From Myxococcota bacterium (GTDB taxonomy: Bacteria > Myxococcota_A > SURF-8): 64,000 nt of DNA. The translations under genes were made by a program, and so were the position numbers. The notes beneath the pieces were generated by a model that was not told the DNA's origin, did no database searches, and worked only from the letters and a program-made list of their open reading frames with translations. The stretch spans positions 1,024,001-1,088,000 of the forward strand of contig CAXXQS010000001.1 in NCBI GenBank assembly GCA_963674735.2, written 5' to 3'. This document shows positions 18,105 to 26,475 of the stretch, one piece after another. Every line of letters begins with the position of its first letter. Within the stretch, counting starts at the first letter, position 1.

Positions 18105-19406
18105 CTAATCAGAAGCATAGTGAACGATGGGGTTGTGATCGAATACGAAATGCTGGTCTTGGCTGAAGTGCACTCCCGAAATCGGGCCGTTTTCGATGGT
18201 GAAATCTTCGTAAAAAGGAACCATCCAGAACATCACGTTTTCAGCTCCGTTATCCTGGCATTCGTCCCAATCCACCGCGCCATCACCGTTGCCGTCATAC
18301 GCGCTACTGCATTCGGGTGTGTCATTGAGCGGATCGAACATGTCGCCCGAGAACTCGGAAGGATGAAAGAGCCCCAGCCAGTGGCCCAATTCGTGAGCCA
18401 TGGTCAATCCCATGATGCGTGGGTAGTATTCATAGCCCGTCATTGCCACCGCGACTCCTGAAAACGGGGTTCCTTGTTTGCCCGCCGGACCGGGTATATG
18501 ACCCGCCATGCCGAGCACGCCGTAAAAATCGCCGCCGAAGGAGTTGATCAGGAACAAGTTTGGATTGTTGTTTTCCGAGGCTACTGAAATTTCGAGTAAG
18601 TCCCGGTACTCGGCGTAAGAATCGATCACGCCGTATTTCTGTACGGAGTTGGCCGAGGCGTCGCGGTAGTTGATCGTGCCGATCTTGATGTTTGCGGTTT
18701 TATAGAGTTTTTTGAAAACGGTTATGCATTCCTGAAAGACTTTGTGATTGTTGGCTGAATTGGCATTGACTCCTTGAACGCCGACGAACCAGATGTTGAC
18801 GTCGATGGACAACCCGGTCGCGTCATCATCGCGTTTGGGTTTCGTGATCAGGTTGAAGCTGAGATTGTTTCCGGCATTGTAGCTGGCGATTTCGACGACC
18901 CACTCGCCGGGAGAGAAAGGCATCTTTGGAGAATTGTTAAGGAAAATGGATAGCGAGGAATCGGAATACCAGTGAAAGATCTGATCATTGAACAAAACGC
19001 CGTCTTGGCCGTCTTGATCGATGCTATAGACCACTTGGCCGTTGGGATCGATCAGGCGAAAGGGATAGATGTAGTTATCGGAATTTCCTTCGATCCAGGC
19101 AATGACTCCGTGGTCGTCTTCCCCGACTTCGAAGACCGCGGCATCGTCGATTTCCATATCCTCGAAATCGTCTAGGTAGGGTTGATTGGGTTCGGATGGG
19201 GCCTGCTGCGGTGGATCGGGAATCGTCGGTTCGGGATTCCCACTGTCGCCATCGCTGTCATCCGGGTTGGAGGATGCGTCGCTGCTATCGATTGGGATGC
19301 AATCTCCGGCATACTCACGTGTTCCGGCCGGACAACTGCCACTGGCACAGGCTGAAAGAATCCAGATGGTGGCGAGCAGTGTAACGAGAACGACCCATTT
19401 TAGCAT
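18105..19406 (-). CDS. Lipoprotein zinc metalloprotease (M43/pappalysin-like metzincin)
   Basis: Lipobox LSA-C; HELGHWLGLFH zinc motif; DPLNDTP; NVM Met-turn; FSQDQ. Confidence 0.8.
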   Translation of the reverse strand: MLKWVVLVTLLATIWILSACASGSCPAGTREYAGDCIPIDSSDASSNPDDSDGDSGNPEPTIPDPPQQAPSEPNQPYLDDFEDMEIDDAAVFEVGEDDHGVIAWIEGNSDNYIYPFRLIDPNGQVVYSIDQDGQDGVLFNDQIFHWYSDSSLSIFLNNSPKMPFSPGEWVVEIASYNAGNNLSFNLITKPKRDDDATGLSIDVNIWFVGVQGVNANSANNHKVFQECITVFKKLYKTANIKIGTINYRDASANSVQKYGVIDSYAEYRDLLEISVASENNNPNLFLINSFGGDFYGVLGMAGHIPGPAGKQGTPFSGVAVAMTGYEYYPRIMGLTMAHELGHWLGLFHPSEFSGDMFDPLNDTPECSSAYDGNGDGAVDWDECQDNGAENVMFWMVPFYEDFTIENGPISGVHFSQDQHFVFDHNPIVHYASD

Positions 19407-19583
19407 GGCATTATCCTGGTTGAGAAGTCTAAGCTTCAGAGCAAAGTTTGACGCTTCATGCTATCATCGACATGTTAAAGCATCAATAAGAATTGCCGTT
19501 GGTTGATTGGGCAAGAAACGTCCTTCCGAATCGAGAGAGGGATGCTTGCCGAGCCGCTCTACATTGACAGTCGGGACATCCAA

Positions 19584-22514
19584 TCAATATCCCCCAAGTT
19601 GCCCCTGTCCATCGTATGCCAGGGAGCGCAGATATTCCTGCACCATGGATGCGGCATCATCGTTTTGGTAAATCGCATAATGCCCATCATCGGGATACTG
19701 ACAAAGCCCGGAGGTTGCATATCCATCATCCGGTCCCTGGACCGTTTGAGTGGCCGGACGACTCTCAACGGCAATCCCGCGTAACTCCAGCCCAATCACA
19801 CTTTCCGGCACCGGGGGAACCAGCGGCTCGATCAGCGGTGTCCACCCGGCGGTAGCCATGGCATAGGTGGAGTTTTTCGGGGTTTGGTCGTCATTGAAGC
19901 CGGTGGTGACCATGATATTGCGTGCGACGTCGTCGTAAGGGCGCTCTGTCCACAAAGGCGCATAATTGATGGGATCGGTGACTTCGACAATGGATTGAAT
20001 GATCATGAACAGGGGATGCAACTTGTAGGCTTGGGCGGTAGGCAAGACGCCGACCAGATCCAACATAGCCAGGAAATTAGGGTTGGTCCGTTCCATGATC
20101 GTGATCTGAGTCCGGCCGCCCGATCCCGACAAGACATAGCCGTTGATGGTTTCTTTGATCCCGGCCAGAATAGCGCCGACCAGTCCTCCCTGGCTATGAC
20201 CATGGAAGAGAAGATTCGAGGTGTCGATCGGAATCTCGGCTGGACCGGCGTAATCCGCGGTATTCGGCCATGAACTGCAAGTGGCTTGCGACAGATTCAG
20301 CTTCCCGTATTTGATGAAGCTGACCAGGGCAACATTATCCATCACGCCCTGTCGCAGCACCGATCGAGCAGAGAGCGGATTGAGGAAATTGAACGAATAA
20401 TTTTCCAAGTCGTCGCAGGAATACACCTCGGTCGCGCGCTCTCCGTGGAGCGGTTGGTCGATCCCGATCGTCGCTAGTTTGGCTCCCAGCAAGCGGGTGG
20501 AGGTGTCATTGGGATCCGATCCGATATAGCCTTCGTGGGTTCCACAGGTGCCGTGGGAAACTATCACCAATGGCCACCCGTCTTCCGGCGGCGTCGCATC
20601 GGATGGCACACAGAAGGCGAACGCCAGTGATTCCACTTGCTGCACGACCGGATGACCATCGACATCAAACTGAAAGTCGCCCCCCGATATCTCGTAGGGC
20701 TGGGTTCCTGTTTGGAAATTTGGCGAGCTGTAATGTCCGCTAAAGCAGACATAGCCATCGTGAGCGCTTCGGAACGCACAATCCTGCAATGTGCCGGGGA
20801 CGGATCCGACAGGATAAACCTGCCGGAGGTACAGGCTCATATCCCGCGTTTCGGAAAGCGGATCCAACGTGGTGAAAACGGTAGCGGCCCGTACTTTGTC
20901 CGGATCGAGTGTGGCGCTGTTGGATGCCAACCATTCCGCCAACGGCAGATAGGCCCGGCTCAGCTTCGGGTTGTCGATCCATTCGCCGCGATACAGGTCG
21001 GTCATCAGCTGCGTGCGTCCAATCGAGACGGCATCCGTACCGGTGACACCGTCAGTGAGAATCACGGCATAGGTCGTTGCGGGACGGAGCGGGAAGCCAT
21101 CATACGGGGAAACAGCCAGCAGATTCCCATGGGTTTCAAGATTGTTCGGATTCGCCGTCCAATGCCATTCCAGCGGTAAAAGCTGGCCGACGTGAGGGGA
21201 ATCCGGATCGATGTCAAGCAACAGAATCGAAGAAGAAAAGGTCTTTGTTTCTGCTGCCGTCTGCGGTAACGAGTTCAAATCCAAAACATCGGGGAACGTG
21301 AAATAGACCCCCGTGTTGTTGCCGAATCCATCCAGCAAGCTTTCGAAAACACTCACGTATTGGCTGGCAACATAATAGCCTTCCGGATGCTGAGGATCGT
21401 AAGGTGGCAGCGGGAAGCCATCCAGATTGACCAAACCATCGCTACCGATGTAGTAGTCATTGGGATACGGGGCGGAATAAAAGTCAGTTAAATCGATAAA
21501 ATCGAAAAAGGGTGTCATTCCGGAAGCAGGATCCAAGTCGAACAGAGCGACCGGCCACTCGATTTCCTCTTCTTCCTCCGTCTCGTCCTCCAATCCTTCC
21601 ACATCCTGATCTTCATCCACATCTCCATCAACCAAAGCTTCACAGGCGACGGAAAGGGTGTAGTTATATGTGCTGGTGGTGGGAGTATCGACTACGAGGG
21701 TGTACCAATCCTCCACGCCTTTCGACAAAAAGGTTACCGCCTCGTCAGCGGTACCACCATTTGCGGAGTGGTCGAGACAGTTTCCCGTATCGCAGGTGTC
21801 GAGAATAAACAAATCCAGCTCACCCGTCAGGTTGGTGAGGGTTACCGTCACTTCGTTATCTGCAGGAACCGACAGTTTGTAGACGACAGCCTTTCCCGGC
21901 TCATTTAACTCGGCATCACAGGCATAGGAGTCCCATTCGGTGTTGAGCCCGATCACCGTTGTGTGATTGAAGGTTATTCCACAAACGATATCATAGGCGT
22001 TCTGACAAGCGGCCAGTGCATCCGGGTCGATATCGCCATCGCTAATCTCATCCTCGAAGGTTTCGACTTCGGTCTCTGTTTCGACTTCGACTTCAACTTC
22101 AACTTCAGCTTCGGCTTCACCTTCGACTTCGTCCTCGTTCTCCAGGTCACGATCGGAGTCATTATCGACATCACCATCCAGATCCGAATCCTCAATGAAA
22201 TCTTCATCTAAGTCGCCATCGTTGTCGGCATCCTCTTCTCTGTCTGCATCACCGTCGGATGCGGTATCGATTTCTTCATCGAAATCGGTCTCAACTTCTA
22301 TCTCGCCATCACCGTCGATATCATTTTCCGGATCGCCATCGGGCATATCGCCGTCTGGGTCGTCACCATCAGGCTCGTCACCGTCGGATTCGTCCCCATC
22401 TGGTGAATCGCCATCGGGACCGTCACTATCGGTCGTTCCTGAAGAAGAACAGGCCATCAGCATTACAACAACGAATCCCAGAAGCAACCCATGGCACAAC
22501 CCGGTAAGTTTCAT
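19584..22514 (-). CDS. Large lipoprotein: DGD repeat stalk, PPC-like domain, Ig-like region, alpha/beta hydrolase
   Basis: Lipobox LMA-C; xxDGD repeats; PYPND..DGF; PLRPATTYAV; SHGTCG, IDQPLHG, GHSQGG nucleophile, DPINY, C-terminal GH. Confidence 0.8.
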   Translation of the reverse strand: MKLTGLCHGLLLGFVVVMLMACSSSGTTDSDGPDGDSPDGDESDGDEPDGDDPDGDMPDGDPENDIDGDGEIEVETDFDEEIDTASDGDADREEDADNDGDLDEDFIEDSDLDGDVDNDSDRDLENEDEVEGEAEAEVEVEVEVETETEVETFEDEISDGDIDPDALAACQNAYDIVCGITFNHTTVIGLNTEWDSYACDAELNEPGKAVVYKLSVPADNEVTVTLTNLTGELDLFILDTCDTGNCLDHSANGGTADEAVTFLSKGVEDWYTLVVDTPTTSTYNYTLSVACEALVDGDVDEDQDVEGLEDETEEEEEIEWPVALFDLDPASGMTPFFDFIDLTDFYSAPYPNDYYIGSDGLVNLDGFPLPPYDPQHPEGYYVASQYVSVFESLLDGFGNNTGVYFTFPDVLDLNSLPQTAAETKTFSSSILLLDIDPDSPHVGQLLPLEWHWTANPNNLETHGNLLAVSPYDGFPLRPATTYAVILTDGVTGTDAVSIGRTQLMTDLYRGEWIDNPKLSRAYLPLAEWLASNSATLDPDKVRAATVFTTLDPLSETRDMSLYLRQVYPVGSVPGTLQDCAFRSAHDGYVCFSGHYSSPNFQTGTQPYEISGGDFQFDVDGHPVVQQVESLAFAFCVPSDATPPEDGWPLVIVSHGTCGTHEGYIGSDPNDTSTRLLGAKLATIGIDQPLHGERATEVYSCDDLENYSFNFLNPLSARSVLRQGVMDNVALVSFIKYGKLNLSQATCSSWPNTADYAGPAEIPIDTSNLLFHGHSQGGLVGAILAGIKETINGYVLSGSGGRTQITIMERTNPNFLAMLDLVGVLPTAQAYKLHPLFMIIQSIVEVTDPINYAPLWTERPYDDVARNIMVTTGFNDDQTPKNSTYAMATAGWTPLIEPLVPPVPESVIGLELRGIAVESRPATQTVQGPDDGYATSGLCQYPDDGHYAIYQNDDAASMVQEYLRSLAYDGQGQLGGY
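22305..22430 (-). repeat. Pentapeptide (x-x-D-G-D) coding repeat
   Basis: DGPDGDSPDGDESDGDEPDGDDPDGDMPDGD; 15-nt period with synonymous variation. Confidence 0.85.
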
Positions 22515-22779
22515 CGACTCATCTCCATCTATTTCCGCTTTTTCACGCAAGCTTTTCTGGCTTCGAACAGTCTCACAGCTAAAACATTCATTGTTTCTTG
22601 CATTTTACATCCCCATGCCGGAAACGCAATGCAAAATGGTTGCGCAAAAGACCTCAAGGCCATCACGTGGAAAAATGGAATTTTGCGGGAAGAATTTTAA
22701 CGGCAATTTCGTCTTGACTACTGAATCGATGTGCTTTCAAAGGCATCGAAAACTGTCACTAACCAGGAGGAAGATCAAC

Positions 22780-23076
22780 GTGCCCGCTTTCACCGTTACG
22801 ACCCCCGAAGAAACGACTCTGGAGCTAAACGGCGAACTCATCGCTGAAACCGAAGCCATTCATCAAGTGGAGGCCCGGGCACCGCTCAACACCGAGACGG
22901 TGCAGATCTATCGACTTGACGATGGACGTTTCCTGCTATACCAGTGGTTTCATTTCGAAGACATGGACCCGCACGGTCACGAATTGATTTATGCCGACTC
23001 CCCCCAGCAGCTCGTTGAAGCGGTCAAGTTTCCTACCGAGGCTGCACGCGAAATGCTCGTTGCAGTGGGAACTTAG
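22780..23076 (+). CDS. Small hypothetical protein (98 aa)
   Basis: AGGAGG RBS at 22765-22770, GTG start, normal composition; fills the gap between two minus-strand genes. Confidence 0.7.
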   Translation: MPAFTVTTPEETTLELNGELIAETEAIHQVEARAPLNTETVQIYRLDDGRFLLYQWFHFEDMDPHGHELIYADSPQQLVEAVKFPTEAAREMLVAVGT

Positions 23077-23101
23077 GCTCCTTTCGCCGAAGCCCGTGCT
23101 T

Positions 23102-24616
23102 TCATTCGCTTTCGTCGCAAACAATCGAAAATTCGTATTCCAACGGCCATTCCGGTCTCTCTGCGGAAAGCAACGATACAACAAGCTGGTATTGGGTTGA
23201 GGCGATAGCCTCGAAAGCGTAGGTTTCCGCATTTCCCACGGTGCTTGTGTTGAGGATATGTGAGTCGTCACACTCGTGGTGCTCAACAATAAACCGAACT
23301 CTCTCGGGAGTTGTGAAGCTAAGTATGATTTGGCTATCGCGAGCGACTTGTAAGGAATAAGCATCGAGTAATCCCACTTTGCTTGAGTCGATTTCCTCGA
23401 TGCGACCTCGCGCCTGCCAGCCACATTGCAATGCCGGTAGTTCCTCGCAACTCAATGCCGATGAGTCCGTATCGTTATCATCCATGTCGCCGTCACTTGG
23501 GGAAAGGTCGCCGTCGGTTTCTCCCTTACATTGTTCGGTGTCCGTCCCTTCACACACACCCACCTGGTCGATATCCAAGCCTAAGCCGGGACAGCAGGTC
23601 GAATCGGCCGGAGTCCGACAATCCAGAAGCTTGTCCCGATAGCAAAGCGGCCATGTGACGTCCAGGATATATGTATCCGGGCAAGCCTCCGCCAACCATT
23701 GGGTACAAAGATCTGCGCTATCATGACAGGTGTCGTCGCAAGGGATTTCGTCGTAACCGGCTCGCTCGGGACTACCCGCCAACTCCGTATTGTCGTCCGT
23801 CAGTTCGGTCACGTTCGCTCGGCCATCGGTATCCCGATCGCGGACAACTCGAAAGGCCTCGATCAAGGACGCGTTCAATTCCGGTAGAATCTCGGCATTA
23901 TGCGTATCATCGACTTTCAGCACGTCATCGGTTAGGGCCAATTGGCTCCAACGATTATCGGACAACAGCATCCCAAGATCCAAAACCGCCGCCCAGTGCC
24001 GTTCTTCACCGGGCTGCCATTGCAGCGTTTCGCGGGGTGGGACACTCGGCAGCATCCCACCCAGTGCGGTTTCGACTTCAATGGGTATGCGACCTGACAA
24101 CTCGCCCTTCAACGTCATCACGGCTGCGTTCGCAGGTAATCGCCAGTCCAGGGCACAGAAGGGGCGGTCGCCAGGTGCTTGAATTTCCATGACAAACGGA
24201 ACTTCACTCATCAAATTGATCGACGCAATTCCGCGATCAGCCCGCAACAACTCTCCATGCAGCATGTCGCAGGATTCCGCGTCCGCCAGAAACAGTTCTT
24301 CAAGCTGCAAGTGAACATCGTTCCAAATTACCAGACGGTCATCGGCTTGACGGCTATCGACCACCGAAAAGCCGACCACGGTCCGTGCTGGATTGCCATC
24401 GACCGACCCGCCGCCGCAGGGGATGAACTGGTAATCAATCCCGTCTTCCTTGTCGCCATCCGGCGATACGTAGGAGACGTGGGACTCATCATCGCAAGCG
24501 ACCGCCAGGATTCCCATGATCGCGAGTAGGGAGATAATCATCCAATGGGGTGAGCAACCGGTCTTTTTGTTCTTTTTCATCGCTTGAACGGCGTTTCGTT
24601 GGATATTCATGGTCAT
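23102..24616 (-). CDS. Hypothetical Cys-rich lipoprotein with C-terminal PPC-like domain
   Basis: Lipobox AVA-C, DGD motifs, Cys cluster; ATGA overlap with the upstream TIGR02147 gene. Confidence 0.75.
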   Translation of the reverse strand: MTMNIQRNAVQAMKKNKKTGCSPHWMIISLLAIMGILAVACDDESHVSYVSPDGDKEDGIDYQFIPCGGGSVDGNPARTVVGFSVVDSRQADDRLVIWNDVHLQLEELFLADAESCDMLHGELLRADRGIASINLMSEVPFVMEIQAPGDRPFCALDWRLPANAAVMTLKGELSGRIPIEVETALGGMLPSVPPRETLQWQPGEERHWAAVLDLGMLLSDNRWSQLALTDDVLKVDDTHNAEILPELNASLIEAFRVVRDRDTDGRANVTELTDDNTELAGSPERAGYDEIPCDDTCHDSADLCTQWLAEACPDTYILDVTWPLCYRDKLLDCRTPADSTCCPGLGLDIDQVGVCEGTDTEQCKGETDGDLSPSDGDMDDNDTDSSALSCEELPALQCGWQARGRIEEIDSSKVGLLDAYSLQVARDSQIILSFTTPERVRFIVEHHECDDSHILNTSTVGNAETYAFEAIASTQYQLVVSLLSAERPEWPLEYEFSIVCDESE

Positions 24617-25509
24617 CCCCTTTTATGATGATCTTTCGGTTTTGGTATCGAATTGGCTGGTTCGGGTCGTACCAGTTGGAAAAGCTGCACATTCAAGCGC
24701 GCGACTACATCCACGGGTTCATCTTCCTGAATGATTTCCTGTGCTTTTGCTAGCATTTCCAAGGCCAAAGAATGAAGTCTTTCCAATTGATCGAGCGACA
24801 CGGAGGCCGTGATCCCGGTTACCAGACGCTGGTCTTGAGTTTGATTGTCCAGCGATTGTCCGGCCAGACCGATCATATGCCGATGAAAATTGCGCACCGC
24901 AAGCCTGGAAAGTGCGTCAGGGTCGCGGCGATTGTTGACCGAACCGATCAAGGCTTCGACCTGCTGCAAGCGACCATTTTCGTCACGCTGTAAAAAGCCG
25001 AGCTGTTCCAACTTGGCCAGGCCGTCCTTGACCTGTTTGGCGGACAAGCGCGGAACCAGGCGACGGCCGATCCAGGCGGCATCCTCACGGAAATCCGACA
25101 AGTTGACGACCTCTCGCAAGGCCGGGAGATACCATTCGGCGTAGTAATCGTGCGGAATCTGGCTTTTATCTTGATGTATCTGCCGCCGCCGCAAGCGCGT
25201 AATTTTTCGGGCGAGCAGCGAGCGTTCTTCATCCGTTTTCGCCTGGGCAAACTCGGCCAGCAATAAAAGATAGCTCGACGCGTCGCCGACCAACCCGAGT
25301 GCTTTGGCAAAGCGGGCTGCGGCCCGTCGACTCAAGGGGACACGTCCGGCTGCAACTTGCCAGTAATGATTCGACTTGGGTGAATATCCCGCCTTTTTTT
25401 GCAAGTAGCGATACGAAACCTTTGGATTCTGTTCGCGCAAATCCGCGTAGGCATCCGTAAGAAAGCGACAGGCATCCGAATAGTCGAAGATATTAATCCT
25501 GGTTATCAT
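24613..25509 (-). CDS. TIGR02147-family (DUF4423) protein, putative HTH regulator
   Basis: NIFDYSD..FL, SYRYL..KAG, YYAEWY..ALRE, WIGRRLVP, AVRNFHRHMI, LNVQLF. The true start is ATG 25509; the 607-aa ORF extension is antisense to cyclophilin. Confidence 0.88.
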   Translation of the reverse strand: MITRINIFDYSDACRFLTDAYADLREQNPKVSYRYLQKKAGYSPKSNHYWQVAAGRVPLSRRAAARFAKALGLVGDASSYLLLLAEFAQAKTDEERSLLARKITRLRRRQIHQDKSQIPHDYYAEWYLPALREVVNLSDFREDAAWIGRRLVPRLSAKQVKDGLAKLEQLGFLQRDENGRLQQVEALIGSVNNRRDPDALSRLAVRNFHRHMIGLAGQSLDNQTQDQRLVTGITASVSLDQLERLHSLALEMLAKAQEIIQEDEPVDVVARLNVQLFQLVRPEPANSIPKPKDHHKRG

Positions 25510-25519
25510 CGCAAAATCC

Positions 25520-25617
25520 ACACACAGTATGATTGATAGATTAATCTTACCATTACTAGAGATTCTTTCAATATTATTATCGAAATGCTCTATAATAGTG
25601 TGTGTAATTAACACACA
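25520..25617. promoter_or_regulatory. AT-rich divergent promoter region with operator-like palindrome
   Basis: TGTGTGT-AATTA-ACACACA (25599-25617), a third ACACACA at 25520, minus-strand TTGAAA-N16-TAAGAT (25571-25544), and plus-strand TATAAT at 25591. Confidence 0.55.
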
Positions 25618-25869
25618 GAAGTAAAGTTGCAAGATCCCTCGACGCCTCGATCTATTTCGAAAGCATCTTGGAATGAAAATAAAGCCAAACATCCCCGAGC
25701 CTGCCACCTCATCATCACCGAACCGCGCCAGCATCCCAAAAAGTGGCGTTTCAGCCTGCATTCGCTTTTTTTTCGCTTGCGAATTCGCTCCGGCTTGGGT
25801 AAGCATACGGCAGGCGCGCCGGTCACAGGGCGGGCGCACGGGATGAACCTCTAAGCGAATGGGAACGAC

Positions 25870-26376
25870 ATGAAAGCCATATTCGAAACCACCATGGGCA
25901 CCATCGAAGTGGAGCTCTTTGCCGACAAAGCCCCGAAAACCGTCGAGAATTTCGTTCAGCTTGCCAAGGGCGAGAAGGAATGGACCGACCCGAAGACCGG
26001 CGAGAAAACCTCGCGGCCGCTGTACGACGGCACCATTTTTCACCGCGTGATTCCGCGCTTCATGATCCAGGGCGGCGACCCGAAGGGCAACGGAACGGGC
26101 GGTCCGGGCTATCGTTTCGAAGACGAATTTCACCCGGACCTCAGCTTCGATCGTCCCGGCTATCTGGCCATGGCCAACGCCGGACCCAACACCAACGGCA
26201 GCCAGTTCTTCATCACCCAGGTGCCGACTCCGCACCTGACCGGCCGCCACACGATCTTCGGCAAAGTGACCGCCGGGGCCGGTCTGATCAAACAGATCGC
26301 CGAAACCCCCACCGGTCAAAACGACCTTCCGCTTAAGAAGGTGGTTCTGGAAAAGCTGACCATCGTGGAAGACTGA
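25870..26376 (+). CDS. ppiA: Cyclophilin-type peptidyl-prolyl cis-trans isomerase
   Basis: APKTVENF, FHRVIPRFMIQGGDP, MANAGPNTNGSQFFIT, HTIFG; strong codon bias. Confidence 0.96.
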   Translation: MKAIFETTMGTIEVELFADKAPKTVENFVQLAKGEKEWTDPKTGEKTSRPLYDGTIFHRVIPRFMIQGGDPKGNGTGGPGYRFEDEFHPDLSFDRPGYLAMANAGPNTNGSQFFITQVPTPHLTGRHTIFGKVTAGAGLIKQIAETPTGQNDLPLKKVVLEKLTIVED

Positions 26377-26394
26377 TTTTTCTGCTCGACAACG

Positions 26395-26428
26395 TGAAAC
26401 GCCCGACCGCTTGGCCGGGCGTTTTTCA
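26395..26428. terminator. Intrinsic terminator (likely bidirectional)
   Basis: AAACGCCCG..CGGGCGTTTTT between convergent genes. Confidence 0.8.
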
Positions 26429-26475
26429 TTTCTCACATCGCCGAATCGGTTACGTAGCCAGTCCGCCCTTCCTTT

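Noticed and set aside
22195-22779. Ser/Pro-rich N-terminus of the 293-aa ORF
   Set aside because: Reverse-strand reading of the DGD repeats; the real gene starts at GTG 22780 after an RBS.
25510-26436. N-terminal extension making a 607-aa TIGR02147 fusion
   Set aside because: It is the antisense shadow of the cyclophilin gene plus intergenic DNA; family similarity begins at ATG 25509.
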